Source: a virus. Taken from it: a stretch of 64,000 nucleotides of DNA. Below the pieces are notes generated by a model, which was given only the letters and a program-made list of their open reading frames with translations, did not search any database and was not told the DNA's origin. Below are positions 25,470 through 35,640 of this stretch, in pieces. Both the position numbers and the translations under genes were made by a program. The first letter of the stretch is position 1; every line of letters begins with the position of its first letter. The stretch is taken from the IMG/VR virus record IMGVR_UViG_3300017987_000006, positions 32,001 through 96,000 of that record. One strand, 5' to 3'.

Positions 25470-28400
25470 ATGGCGCAGGCAGCCCATCTCGATCTGAGGC
25501 TGTTCCTAGAGGGCGTGGAAGTCCCGGTGATCTCCGCGTCTATCCAGATAGCAGCCAATGCCCCCGCCTCGGCGTCTATCCAGGTCATTGCCACGGATAA
25601 GATCTTAGATCTGCTTCCACGTACCGTAGTACATCTGTTCTTCTACGACTACATCGGTGCTGGCCATGTAGCGATAGATCAGAAACGCGCACAGCTGTCG
25701 CAGATATCCTTTCAGGACTGGATCAATGAGAAGTACAAGCTGCTCTTTATGGGCGAGCTGGTGACGATCAAGTTCCAGAAGTCTCACGACCAGCGCGCAG
25801 TGATCTTGGAGTGCGCAGATTTCTCGAACTACTGGGACACGACGTTCCAGTACAACTTCGGCGGCAGCCTGTTTGCTGGGAGGCGGAAGGCAGCCTTCAT
25901 CGGAGCCAACTCGAACTTCTTCACCAGCATTCTTGGACATGGCGTTGGAACGGTCTCCAACCTTCTCAACGGGAAGTCTGTCAACTACCCGAACCTGAAG
26001 GGTCTGCTGGCGGGTGTGGTACGGATGTTGGAGGCTATCGGCGGGAGCTACTATGGAACTAATGTGTTCCGCGGGTGCAACGACTTCACGTCCATCGCCG
26101 AGCTCCGTTTGAAAATCTTGCAACAGATCACTGCGGCAGAGGCCGACACCAGCACATCACGCCTTTTCGCACGCAAGGCGTTTAACATGTGGATGAATCG
26201 GGCAACCCAGGGATTGGGTAAGCTGATATCATTCCGTGGCCTGGTGAAGACGTGTTTCAAGTTCATCTTCCACGAGGTGTACCCGTGCCCCGTAGCCAAG
26301 TACGTCCCTTCCAGTTCTGAGACGGTTAGAAGGCGTAGATATCTGAGCCCGCCAGAGGTGATCGTAAAGGGTGCCAACGATATCATCGAGAGGATAGACA
26401 GGACGAACAACATCTTGTCACGCTTTAGTTCGACAGCTCCGTTCGGGGAGCAGGTGGAGGTTGCCAAGGCATATCACACGTCGCACGAGAACTTGTACAA
26501 GGAGTTCAAGACATTTTACGCTTCTGCTGGAGCGGGGATAAGCGGGCCGACCACAAAGCGCATCGCTCAAGATCTGTCGAACGCGTTTGGTCCGCTGCGC
26601 CTCACGCACAAGATCATAAGGAGCGGAGACTTTCTTCAGGTCTTGAACGCCAAGCACTCCGAGCTGCAGCGGCACTACAACAGCGCCAAATCCGCCCTGC
26701 GTCGTCTAGTCAATCAGCGGCACCGAGTTACAGAGACACGTGTACGGGAGCACCAGGCCCGCGTAAACAACCAGATCTTCCGTCCGGACATCTGGTACTC
26801 CGCGCCGCCGCGTTGCAACGTGCTGTTCCCAGATCTGTACGATTCGTTCTCTTGGGCCAGGCAGTACCTCAGAGAGGTCAGTCGGTTGGAATTACAGACG
26901 CACAATGAGATCTTGGGGAACGATGCACTGTTCAATGGGCGCTATTATGCCCCGAACGTGGAGGACGTTCGGCGTGGGACAAAGCTCTCGAGCCGGCGTT
27001 TCGCACGGACGATCATGGATCACGAGCTATTCACAGGCATAATCCCTATGTTCGAGAGCATGACGGAGGCCAACCTCTTCGCGATGCGATCTAGTGCGGT
27101 GCAGAAGCAGGGATCTCCAGTGCCCTATGCGCAGCGCGCCGTCAACTTTCAGTATTTCAAGTACAAGTTTGAGTCACGCATGATGTCTGCGTCAGGCCGT
27201 TTCAACCCGATGTTCGTGGCCGGGTTTCCTGCGTTGATCATCGATCGACCAATGACTGAAGAGAACCTGCAAATCTCGTCCCTGCCTGTAGGAGATCAGA
27301 TCAGAGCATTGAATATCACGGCTGAGGAAGAGCCGACGAGATCAGATCTACTGCGGAGTCTTGTCGGCCCACAATATCTCGGGGTGCCGGCTTCTCTTTC
27401 GCACAATGTTTCTCAAGGAGGGGGGCGAACCGACTACCAGTTCATTCACGCTAGGGTACATCGGGAAAGCACAGAGTTTCTGGGGGTAGATCAAGTGGAG
27501 TGGTACAAGGTGGTCGGGACGCGGGACAAAAAGAAGGTCGTTGCCTATCCGATCACATTTCCGCCAAGGCGCGGCCAGCTCGGGCCCAGTGGGGGTACAA
27601 TCTCCAGGGTTGTCGATGTGACGAGCAGCAAGTCGGGGAAGACGTTGCCGGTGCTGGGGACCAACATCAAGGCGCGGGTGGGGACTGATATCCCGCCGTT
27701 TCTTATCAAGGAGATTACAACACAGATCAAGCGATCTATTCCAGCATATGCGAACTCGCCATTCTTCAAGCAACTTATCGGGCTAGACGATTTTTTGGAG
27801 GATTCGTCCCTGCGCCTGGGGGCATTCGAGGTGCATGAGTCTGTCCCATACAGGAAGAAGCAAAATGCCGATCTTCCTATCGAGGAGGCGATCAGACCGC
27901 CATGGATTTGGGATGGGTGGGCCGTACCCAAAATCACCGAGACCTACGATCAGCTGTTCGGCACGGGTGCCATCACAGACATTGATGGGTACGGGATCTT
28001 GGCGGATGCGAGTGGATCATCTAGCAGGACGCAATACCTCACAGTTGAGGAGCGTCTTGCGGCCGAGCAGCAAAACCGAGCTGCTAGCTCAGGCTCGACT
28101 AGGCGCTCGCCGGCAGCGGGCAGGAGCGAGCGGGATGTGGAGATCACAAGGGCTTCGAGGTATCAGGCCGCCCTTCTCCTGCTGGAGACGGAGAAGACCA
28201 TCGAGAACTCGATCGACTTCCTGGTCAGGTCCTACAGCTTTGTCAAGGTCAACAACATGGACGTGGGGGAGTTCCTCAAGGCTTACAACTGGCGTCCGGT
28301 GGCGACGATGGTGGACATCCTCGGCGGGGCAGATCTAAGCATCAAGCAGACCGAAGTCAAGGCCACGAAGATGGTCAGGAGGAAGTACGTCAAGCGGAAG

Positions 28401-28724
28401 GGGCGTACCGTGGTGTACAGGGATGCAAATGGGGCGATCACTGATACCGCCGAGGAGTATCCGGTGTATGGCACGAGATACGTTGAGAAGCCCATCAAGC
28501 GGATCGGATATGTTGTTGACGGGACGGAGGGGTTTCACAGCAGGGCTTTTGGGGATGTGGAAGATCTATTCGGGTTGGTGAGCCCTACCGTCACACGTGT
28601 TCTGGGCTTATCGAGTAACTCGAGCAGAAAGATCGCCGCCAGGATGGATGTGAGGAAGCGGCGTCGTGCGGTCGTCAAGACCTATGTCGCTGAATTGACG
28701 GGGTCTAAGGGACTCGTGGGGTGA
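25470..28724 (+). CDS. putative baseplate hub (gp27/late control D-like)
   Basis: 1084 aa; N-terminal LRLFLEGVEVPVISASIQ...ASASIQV...L..RTVVHLF resembles hub N-termini; synteny. Confidence 0.55.
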   Translation: MAQAAHLDLRLFLEGVEVPVISASIQIAANAPASASIQVIATDKILDLLPRTVVHLFFYDYIGAGHVAIDQKRAQLSQISFQDWINEKYKLLFMGELVTIKFQKSHDQRAVILECADFSNYWDTTFQYNFGGSLFAGRRKAAFIGANSNFFTSILGHGVGTVSNLLNGKSVNYPNLKGLLAGVVRMLEAIGGSYYGTNVFRGCNDFTSIAELRLKILQQITAAEADTSTSRLFARKAFNMWMNRATQGLGKLISFRGLVKTCFKFIFHEVYPCPVAKYVPSSSETVRRRRYLSPPEVIVKGANDIIERIDRTNNILSRFSSTAPFGEQVEVAKAYHTSHENLYKEFKTFYASAGAGISGPTTKRIAQDLSNAFGPLRLTHKIIRSGDFLQVLNAKHSELQRHYNSAKSALRRLVNQRHRVTETRVREHQARVNNQIFRPDIWYSAPPRCNVLFPDLYDSFSWARQYLREVSRLELQTHNEILGNDALFNGRYYAPNVEDVRRGTKLSSRRFARTIMDHELFTGIIPMFESMTEANLFAMRSSAVQKQGSPVPYAQRAVNFQYFKYKFESRMMSASGRFNPMFVAGFPALIIDRPMTEENLQISSLPVGDQIRALNITAEEEPTRSDLLRSLVGPQYLGVPASLSHNVSQGGGRTDYQFIHARVHRESTEFLGVDQVEWYKVVGTRDKKKVVAYPITFPPRRGQLGPSGGTISRVVDVTSSKSGKTLPVLGTNIKARVGTDIPPFLIKEITTQIKRSIPAYANSPFFKQLIGLDDFLEDSSLRLGAFEVHESVPYRKKQNADLPIEEAIRPPWIWDGWAVPKITETYDQLFGTGAITDIDGYGILADASGSSSRTQYLTVEERLAAEQQNRAASSGSTRRSPAAGRSERDVEITRASRYQAALLLLETEKTIENSIDFLVRSYSFVKVNNMDVGEFLKAYNWRPVATMVDILGGADLSIKQTEVKATKMVRRKYVKRKGRTVVYRDANGAITDTAEEYPVYGTRYVEKPIKRIGYVVDGTEGFHSRAFGDVEDLFGLVSPTVTRVLGLSSNSSRKIAARMDVRKRRRAVVKTYVAELTGSKGLVG

Positions 28725-28728
28725 TCTC

Positions 28729-28760
28729 TTGTCATCCGGCGCGCGGAAGGAGTATAAATA
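28729..28760 (+). promoter_or_regulatory. candidate promoter
   Basis: TTGTCA-18-TATAAA; contains TATAAATA. Confidence 0.4.
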
Positions 28761-28763
28761 AGC

Positions 28764-29219
28764 ATGGAAATTACCAGGCTAGAAGGTCTGATGGACGAGC
28801 TGGAAAAGATCGCCGCTTCTCGCGTGGCAGCTCCGTTCATGCAGCGACGTGAAGGTATCCGCCCCATCCGCGTGCACAATCTCCTTGGGCGCGACACGGT
28901 AACGCAAGATCCGGAGATGGAGCCTGCCGAACCACCAGAGGCAGATCAAGCTGTAGATGGTGGTGCGGAAAAGACCGCGCGGGAAAAGCCCTTCAAGGAA
29001 AAAGCTCTGGAGACCTTTGCGAAGGCCCGTCCATATGTGGCTAGTGGCGTGAAGGCCGGGCTTCCGATGGCTGCGATCGGGAATCTCACCGTAGGACGTA
29101 AGACCGGAATCGTGGCCGGGACTGTGGGAACGGCCGCTGGTGTGGTCAACGAAGCGCTGAAACAGTGGGCCGAGAAGAACAAGCGCAAGAGTGTCGCCAA
29201 GAAGATCTTGGAGGATTGA
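28764..29219 (+). CDS. hypothetical protein with DELEKIA motif
   Basis: LEGLMDELEKIAAS. Confidence 0.65.
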   Translation: MEITRLEGLMDELEKIAASRVAAPFMQRREGIRPIRVHNLLGRDTVTQDPEMEPAEPPEADQAVDGGAEKTAREKPFKEKALETFAKARPYVASGVKAGLPMAAIGNLTVGRKTGIVAGTVGTAAGVVNEALKQWAEKNKRKSVAKKILED

Positions 29220-29221
29220 TC

Positions 29222-29893
29222 ATGCCCGGTCGAGGTTCATATGGTCCTGCGGGGAAGTGGGTCTACGAGCGAGCAAAAAAGATCCGCTCGAAGAATCCCG
29301 ACATGGAAGAGAGCACCTCCTTCGCCATCGCCACACAACAGGCTCATAAGCTCGGTAAGAGCCCCAAGAAGTTCCGCACCGCAGAGGGTGTCAGGGCAGC
29401 CAAGGCCAAGTACAGCTTGCCGCGTGGAGAGTACCAGAAGACAGCAGGTGCAGAGGAGCTCATCGCCAAACGGGAAGCTGGAGAAGGAACAGCGGCGGAT
29501 GAGAAGCAGATCAGATACCTCCGCGACCAGCTCGGGGAAGGGGGAGCGATCAAGACTGCCAGTCCATCGTTCGTCAAGATCGCCGGCTTTGTGGATGAGC
29601 TGGCAAAGATCGTCGGAGGGTCTCCGGGGGCCAAGTTTATGATCGGTGCTCTGCTAAATTCCCTGGCATATGGACTGGGGGAGAAAGCCACCACGGACGA
29701 GGTGGAGAAGAATTCGGCCATGGGTATGGACCTACGCCTCAAGGACCCCGCCGGGGTCAGGCGTCCACCATTCCCCACTGAGGGGAGTGTGGAGCTGGCG
29801 TCCAAGCGGCTCAACAAGTCCATGAGGACGGGACAGCTCGGAACGTCGCAAGCGTCCCACAGTCCTAACCCTCGAGCAGTGACAACTTTGTGA
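29222..29893 (+). CDS. hypothetical protein with DELAKI motif
   Basis: start MPGRGSYG; KTASPSFVKIAGFVDELAKIV. Confidence 0.65.
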   Translation: MPGRGSYGPAGKWVYERAKKIRSKNPDMEESTSFAIATQQAHKLGKSPKKFRTAEGVRAAKAKYSLPRGEYQKTAGAEELIAKREAGEGTAADEKQIRYLRDQLGEGGAIKTASPSFVKIAGFVDELAKIVGGSPGAKFMIGALLNSLAYGLGEKATTDEVEKNSAMGMDLRLKDPAGVRRPPFPTEGSVELASKRLNKSMRTGQLGTSQASHSPNPRAVTTL

Positions 29894-30318
29894 GGAGAAG
29901 CATGAGTTACCACAGCGTAGAAGTTTTGAAGCGTGCCCTTGTCAAGATGGCTCAGGACACACAGACTGGGGACGACGAGGGCAACCTCATCCAGGGGTCC
30001 CAAGGCGAGATGGTTCCGGAGTTGCTGCAACCCGACAAGGGGCCCGGACGTGGCCCTCGTGGGGAAGAGGAGACCATGACGGCGGGGTCTGAGGACGAGG
30101 CCGAGAAAAACCGGATGGGATATCTGAAGGACGCCTTCACCCAGTTCGATCCAGACGCCAAGAAGACGGGAAACGAGCTGAGGGGGCTGCTGGACGGTTT
30201 TGGTCCCAAGGCCATCGTCTCCAAGGCCCAGGCGGAGGACGCTGCTACAAAGACAGGGTCTGCACGCCTTGGCGCATTCTCTGACGAGCTGAAGAAGATC
30301 TACGCCGCAGCGCAGTGA
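29890..30318 (+). CDS. hypothetical protein with DELKKI motif
   Basis: GAFSDELKKIYAAAQ; likely start ATG 29902. Confidence 0.65.
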   Translation: MRRSMSYHSVEVLKRALVKMAQDTQTGDDEGNLIQGSQGEMVPELLQPDKGPGRGPRGEEETMTAGSEDEAEKNRMGYLKDAFTQFDPDAKKTGNELRGLLDGFGPKAIVSKAQAEDAATKTGSARLGAFSDELKKIYAAAQ

Positions 30319-30321
30319 TCT

Positions 30322-31113
30322 GTGAACCCGCTCGACGATGTCATAGAGGCTCTCGACATCCAGGAGGAGATGGAGAAGGAGAGCTTCGCCTTTCGGCCAA
30401 AGAAGCCGTTTAGTCAGCGGGAGCACGACGAGCTCCAGATGTGGCAGACTTGGAATTCCAAGGGGAGGAAGCCGAACCACTTGAGGCCCCTGGTCAAGTC
30501 GCTCCAACCGCTGGTACAACATCGCGCAAAGATCTTCCAGAACAAGCTGCGGGACATCCCACCCGCAGCGATCGAGGCGGAGTTCGACGATCGGTTGCTG
30601 GACGCCCTGTCCACGTTCAACCCAGAAAAGGGCCGGATGAAGACGTGGGTGACACGGAATCTGATGAAGGCCAACCGGTTCATCAACACCTACCAGAACC
30701 CGGGCCGCATCGGTGAGAAGCGGATATACGACATCTCGAAGTTTCAGAACGCTGAGGGATTCCTAAGAGATCAACTTGGTAGATCGCCAACGGTTCACGA
30801 GATCGCAGATCATGCCAAGATGCCGGTACGCGAGGCCGAGCTGTTGCGTTCAGAGGTCCGTAAGGCGATGCCCATCGGCCAGCTTGAGGTAGACCCAACC
30901 ATCGTCAGGCCATCCAGGACAAAGGAGGTCATGCGGCTTCTTCCATACGATTTGACTCCTGATGAGAACGCGGTGTTTGAGTATGTGCATGGGGTGGCTG
31001 GAAAGCCTAAACTTGGGACAAACGACATAGCGAAGAAGATGGGACTCAGTGCCCCAAAAGTCTCCAGGATCAAAAGCCAGATAGCAACGAAGTGGCGCAA
31101 GTACGATGGCTGA
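30322..31113 (+). CDS. sigma-70 family (FliA/SigF-like) RNA polymerase sigma factor
   Basis: region 2 ALSTFNPEKGRMKTWV; region 3 LGRSPTVHEIA; region 4 HTH LGTNDIAKKMGLSAPKVSRIK. Confidence 0.8.
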   Translation: MNPLDDVIEALDIQEEMEKESFAFRPKKPFSQREHDELQMWQTWNSKGRKPNHLRPLVKSLQPLVQHRAKIFQNKLRDIPPAAIEAEFDDRLLDALSTFNPEKGRMKTWVTRNLMKANRFINTYQNPGRIGEKRIYDISKFQNAEGFLRDQLGRSPTVHEIADHAKMPVREAELLRSEVRKAMPIGQLEVDPTIVRPSRTKEVMRLLPYDLTPDENAVFEYVHGVAGKPKLGTNDIAKKMGLSAPKVSRIKSQIATKWRKYDG

Positions 31114-31330
31114 TAGTCAAAAGAAGATCGCCAGAGATCGAAGGCTCGAACAGCTCGAGCAAGCAGTGCAGCAGTACGCGCTACGGAAGAAGGAGCGTTT
31201 GGAGGCGGACGTGGCATTTATGCAGTCCGTCATCGATAGCAGGACTGGGGCCGGACAGCTCTCTAGTCAATCGGTGTTCGACGCATCAAACCTTTTGGCT
31301 GAGAGCATTAACAGATTCTTGGAGGGGTAA
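31106..31330 (+). CDS. hypothetical protein
   Basis: 74-aa ORF. Confidence 0.55.
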   Translation: MADSQKKIARDRRLEQLEQAVQQYALRKKERLEADVAFMQSVIDSRTGAGQLSSQSVFDASNLLAESINRFLEG

Positions 31331-31615
31331 ATGAGTGGAGAAAAGACGGGCGTGTTGGAGCTGGAGCCGGATGAGATTATGGCTGTGGAGTTAGTCATGA
31401 CCAAGAGCCTTCTGGCATCGTACAAAGAGAAGTCGGCCTCGTTGCAGATCGAGCTGTTGAAACATCAGCTCCAGCAGGTACGTGATGAGGCGGCCAAGGC
31501 AGCACGTGATGAGGCAATCCTGCTGGCCAAGCTGGGGACAGCACGAGGTTTGGGGGGTAGGATAGTGTCGGCAAAGTCGATAGGTGGGGGCCGTCTGGCC
31601 TACGAAGTAGAGTAA
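31331..31615 (+). CDS. coiled-coil hypothetical protein
   Basis: GGAGGGG RBS; 94 aa. Confidence 0.6.
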   Translation: MSGEKTGVLELEPDEIMAVELVMTKSLLASYKEKSASLQIELLKHQLQQVRDEAAKAARDEAILLAKLGTARGLGGRIVSAKSIGGGRLAYEVE

Positions 31616-31620
31616 GATAT

Positions 31621-31653
31621 TTCCCATCGGGGCGGCGTTGTTGTAGAATCGGA
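31621..31653 (+). promoter_or_regulatory. candidate promoter
   Basis: TTCCCA-17-TAGAAT; GTAGAATCGGA shared with 63104-63114. Confidence 0.4.
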
Positions 31654-31661
31654 GCAACGAA

Positions 31662-31952
31662 ATGGCAGTAGTTGCCAGAAAGAGAGACCCACTCTCGGAA
31701 CGGATAAGGGAGCGAGTCGAACTGACTGGCGCTCTGGATGGGGTGAACAGGACTTACTCGATTCCGGATGTGCAGGGAGCAATCCACGTGCCACCAAAAA
31801 GACAGGTGAAGGTCTGGCATGGGACGAGAATGGTTCAGCCATCTGAGTTTGACGTTACGGAGGCGTCGCCTGGGGTCGTTACAGCGGTGACTTTGATCTT
31901 CGCGCCGCACAGCACGGGAAAAGTCTACGCGGACTATGTGACCGCAAGCTAA
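31662..31952 (+). CDS. small beta-rich structural protein
   Basis: LTGALDGVNRTYSI...LIFAP. Confidence 0.6.
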   Translation: MAVVARKRDPLSERIRERVELTGALDGVNRTYSIPDVQGAIHVPPKRQVKVWHGTRMVQPSEFDVTEASPGVVTAVTLIFAPHSTGKVYADYVTAS

Positions 31953-31976
31953 CAATTCTGGAAGGAGTGCACGAAA

Positions 31977-33971
31977 ATGACAGTACGACCAGGTCTGATC
32001 GACCCCGAACTCGACGTACAAGGTCGAGACACTATCAACAACGCCAGGGACCTGGCGGACGAGGCCGCCGAGCGCGGTCTTCAGGATGGGAGTCAGGCAA
32101 CAGGTAACGGTACCACGGATGGTATTACCGCCCCAGTCAGCAACGTTCAGACGGCGACTGTTGCGGGCGCGTCGTTCGCCGCAAGCATGATCGGAAAGTT
32201 CGTGACTGTGGCCAGTGCGACCAATCCGGCCAACAACGGCACCTTCCTGGTCACCGCTGTCCCAGGCGCGACGCAGATCTCCTACGTCAACTCCAGCGGC
32301 GTTGTGGAGGCCAACACCTCGGCGACCTTTGATGTCTTCGCACCATATTCGGCGGCGGACAACGTGGATTTCACCGCCACCGATCGAAAGAACATCAAGG
32401 GCACGGCCAGCCACACCACGGACGTTCCGACCTATGTCCGGCCAAGCGCGATCGGGACCAACGTCCCGGCCAACCTGACCAACATCGCCGGCAACACCCT
32501 GGACGCGAAGGCGAAGGTCATCGACGTCAAGCAGGCCGGCATCAAGCTGCGCCCCTCGATCACTGACGGCGATCTGACGCTGGCGATTGGGGATGAGACG
32601 GCCGAGTTCACCGGCTACCATTTCACCTCGGACGACCTGAACTCGTTCATCACGATCTCCGGGTCGACCGACGCCGATGGCACCTACCGCATCAAGGCGG
32701 TCACCGACGGTAACACGCTGGAGTTGGATGGTCTGAACTCGGCCACGGCCGAGGGTACCATCACATGGGTGCTCGAGGGTGATCTCAAGGGGTATCTCAG
32801 CTCCCGCAGCTATGCTGACGCGGTGGACCGTCGGGGCATTCCCATCGCGGATAGTGGAGCGGAGGACGAGACCGTATACGAAGCTACCTTTTGTGACATC
32901 GTGGACCCGACGTCCGGTGGTCGTCCATCCGAGGAGGATGGAGACGCAATCTACGGCCGGAGCTTCGGTGATGAGAAGGATCCGAACAACACGGCCACCA
33001 ACGAGGGCACCCGCGCCTTCGTGCAGCTGATTACCGGGACCAACAACGGCTCGGCTGTGGACAGCAGCCTGGAGCCCATCTCCGGCCGTAGCGGCTCGGC
33101 AGCGTCCATCACGGGTGGCAACACGAACATCACCGGCTTGACCGGTATGAGCGACGAGGACATTGGTCGCTGGCTCACCATCTGGAACCTGGCTGCCGAT
33201 GAGGCGGGTCACTACCAGATCGCCACCATCGTGTCCGCCACTGAGGTCACGGTCACCCGCGGCTCGAACTTCACTGCCGACGCCTCCGGAGCTGTCAACT
33301 GGCAGGTTAGCCGACACCCGGGCACCTGGGATTTCTACACCCCCGACCGCTACCGCAAGGACGAGCTTTCAGAGACGGCGGACCGCACCACGCTCATCGG
33401 CGGGATCGTATCGGACGCCGAGCTGACGCTCGACATCGCGCAGATCCGCGAGTATATCGGCGCGGCGGATGGAGACACAACCCCAGACCTGGACAACACC
33501 GGGAACTACTTTCCTTTCTCAGATCTGTCGAACCCGGCCGACACCAGCCTGGAGGAGACGGTCAACATCCTCAACCAGGAGGTCGGCAACCGGGACTACT
33601 CTGCTGGCGCTTTGGCGGCCGTCAGCGGCCTGGCGGATGGACAGACCATTACGGCCAGCATCGAGGCCCTGGCGCTTGCGATCAGCAGCTCCAGTGTTAC
33701 CAGGACCATCGAGCGGCTCTCGGCGGCAATCCCCAAAAATACCGTGCACGATCTGCCGGCTGGCGTTTCTTACACGGTGGACGCGACAAACAACGGGCTG
33801 TATATGGACGTCTACTGGCGCAAGCAGCTTCGTGATCCTGGTCCCAACACTGTGTCCAGCAACGACTATGAGGAGACAAGCGGCAACGGTGGCGCTGGTG
33901 GTGTTGGACAGATCACTCCATATGAGCTGATCAAGTCCGGCGATTCGGTCAACTACTTCGTCCGGGCATAG
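31977..33971 (+). CDS. acidic Thr/Asp-rich virion structural protein with repeated beta modules
   Basis: 664 aa; AAGGAG RBS; strong C/G third-position bias; three G.Y/F.I..V modules. Confidence 0.7.
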   Translation: MTVRPGLIDPELDVQGRDTINNARDLADEAAERGLQDGSQATGNGTTDGITAPVSNVQTATVAGASFAASMIGKFVTVASATNPANNGTFLVTAVPGATQISYVNSSGVVEANTSATFDVFAPYSAADNVDFTATDRKNIKGTASHTTDVPTYVRPSAIGTNVPANLTNIAGNTLDAKAKVIDVKQAGIKLRPSITDGDLTLAIGDETAEFTGYHFTSDDLNSFITISGSTDADGTYRIKAVTDGNTLELDGLNSATAEGTITWVLEGDLKGYLSSRSYADAVDRRGIPIADSGAEDETVYEATFCDIVDPTSGGRPSEEDGDAIYGRSFGDEKDPNNTATNEGTRAFVQLITGTNNGSAVDSSLEPISGRSGSAASITGGNTNITGLTGMSDEDIGRWLTIWNLAADEAGHYQIATIVSATEVTVTRGSNFTADASGAVNWQVSRHPGTWDFYTPDRYRKDELSETADRTTLIGGIVSDAELTLDIAQIREYIGAADGDTTPDLDNTGNYFPFSDLSNPADTSLEETVNILNQEVGNRDYSAGALAAVSGLADGQTITASIEALALAISSSSVTRTIERLSAAIPKNTVHDLPAGVSYTVDATNNGLYMDVYWRKQLRDPGPNTVSSNDYEETSGNGGAGGVGQITPYELIKSGDSVNYFVRA

Positions 33972-33981
33972 GGTGTCGTGA

Positions 33982-34353
33982 GTGCTAAAACCCACGTTGT
34001 CGATCGGGGAGATTCCTAGATTCTCTTGCGGGTGCCGCAGGGATAAGCAGGGGAATATCGTCCGACGTCCAGGATGTGGGTGCTTGTGCCACGAGACGGA
34101 CGGCCCCTGCGACGTTCCCAACCCCCAGTTTCCGCACGATGGTAAATGCTCCTCCGGGCATTATGCACCGGAGGGCACTCGATTTTTTGCTGTAAGTGGG
34201 GAGACATTAGAAGCGTCTAGGACGGGCATCTACTGTGAGCCTTGCTTGATCGTAGCCAACAAGCTAGCAGCCTTGAAAAAGGAGGGCCTCGGACATACGA
34301 TAGACCCCGAAGTAGAGCTGAACAAACTTCTCGCGGAGGGAAACAATGAGTGA
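33982..34353 (+). CDS. Cys/His-rich metal-binding protein
   Basis: CGC...CGCLCH...C...HDGKC...YCEPC. Confidence 0.55.
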   Translation: MLKPTLSIGEIPRFSCGCRRDKQGNIVRRPGCGCLCHETDGPCDVPNPQFPHDGKCSSGHYAPEGTRFFAVSGETLEASRTGIYCEPCLIVANKLAALKKEGLGHTIDPEVELNKLLAEGNNE

Positions 34354-34918
34354 TGGCAGCACCGGAACCGATCAAAAGAGGCATGGGTCTCATAAGGAGC
34401 ACTACGCTAAGCTGATCGACTCTTTTAAGGAGTTGGAGGCGCTGGCTGCGGCAGACGGAGCTCGGTTCAAGACGCTGGTCTTTACGCTGCTCAAGGCGTA
34501 CGAGACCATGAGGATTGAGCAGGAAGCTACAATCGCTCGCCTGGAGCGCCAGATCGAGTATTGCCGCGCCAAGCAGAAGAGCTGCTCTGAGTTCTCAGAC
34601 CTTTTGGTGGGGATGGTCGCGGTCCAGGTCCAGGAGGCCAAGACAGCGATTCCACCCGCTCCGGCTCCATCGATTGATCGTGCGCCATCTGATAAGGAAG
34701 TCCTAAAGACAATCTGCATATGCGGCTGTCAGGACGATGAAGATGCGGCAAATTGCGATTGTAGGTGTCACACAGAGGGGTACTGCGATGACGAGCGGTG
34801 TGCTGTCTGCGCAGCCAAGAAGTTGGCGCTGGAGCAGGAAACCTCCAAACGTCGAAAGCCACCAGCTCCGACGAAGAAGAAATCCAAGAAGAAGGCTAAG
34901 AAGAAGGCTAAGAAGTGA
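34346..34918 (+). CDS. coiled-coil protein with Cys cluster and Lys-rich tail
   Basis: CICGC...CDCRCH...C...CAVC; KKKA repeats. Confidence 0.65.
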   Translation: MSDGSTGTDQKRHGSHKEHYAKLIDSFKELEALAAADGARFKTLVFTLLKAYETMRIEQEATIARLERQIEYCRAKQKSCSEFSDLLVGMVAVQVQEAKTAIPPAPAPSIDRAPSDKEVLKTICICGCQDDEDAANCDCRCHTEGYCDDERCAVCAAKKLALEQETSKRRKPPAPTKKKSKKKAKKKAKK

Positions 34919-35640
34919 GCCTGAACGATGAAGAATGGATCGGAGCCGAGGAGCTTGCCGCTGACGGCTCCGATGCCATCTTCGCGGGTGCCACAGTAGT
35001 CAGCACTACGTCTGGCACCAAGACGATCGTTCTGTCAGGAGTAGACCTATTTCGCCCACCGGAAGAGCTGGAGGAGAACGACAAGGTTATCCTCACAGGC
35101 ACATCGGGTGGCCTGGCTGATGGCACCTATACGGTCGATTCGATTACGGCTATCGCTACCCTGGTGGTCAAGGAGGCCATCGCTGACTCCACCGGCGGGA
35201 GTTGCGATGCCAGGCATCCGTCTGGTGCGGCCAAGGTCGGGCTTGATCCAACTGGCATGGGAAACGTCACGGCCACCGATGTCCAGGGGGCGATGGAGGA
35301 ACTTGACGGAGCCATTTCTACAAGCGGTCTCACGGAGCCTCAACACGAGGCCCTCGATGAGACGCTCGTCCATGAAATGGTTAGAGATGTTTGGGGCACC
35401 ATCTTGTACGGTTTGGGCGACGCTCGGCCTACCTCCCATACGATGTATCGCAATTTGGGGAAGACCACAAAGGACAGGGAGGTCACGATCACTTACAACG
35501 GTCCAGGTGGACGACCAGATACAGTAGTTATCGAGCAATTTGATACATCAGGCAATTCTATTACAGGTCAAACACTGACAGTAAGTTTATCGTATAATGC
35601 AGACTTGCTGCCCGATGACTACACAGTGGTGAAGAGCTAA
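34915..35640 (+). CDS. putative virion structural protein
   Basis: 241 aa, acidic, beta-rich. Confidence 0.6.
   Translation: MSLNDEEWIGAEELAADGSDAIFAGATVVSTTSGTKTIVLSGVDLFRPPEELEENDKVILTGTSGGLADGTYTVDSITAIATLVVKEAIADSTGGSCDARHPSGAAKVGLDPTGMGNVTATDVQGAMEELDGAISTSGLTEPQHEALDETLVHEMVRDVWGTILYGLGDARPTSHTMYRNLGKTTKDREVTITYNGPGGRPDTVVIEQFDTSGNSITGQTLTVSLSYNADLLPDDYTVVKS

Noticed and set aside
31395-33317. 640-aa minus-strand ORF
   Set aside because: Antisense shadow of the high-GC3 gene 31977-33971. The same applies to 6092-7249 and 29344-30522.
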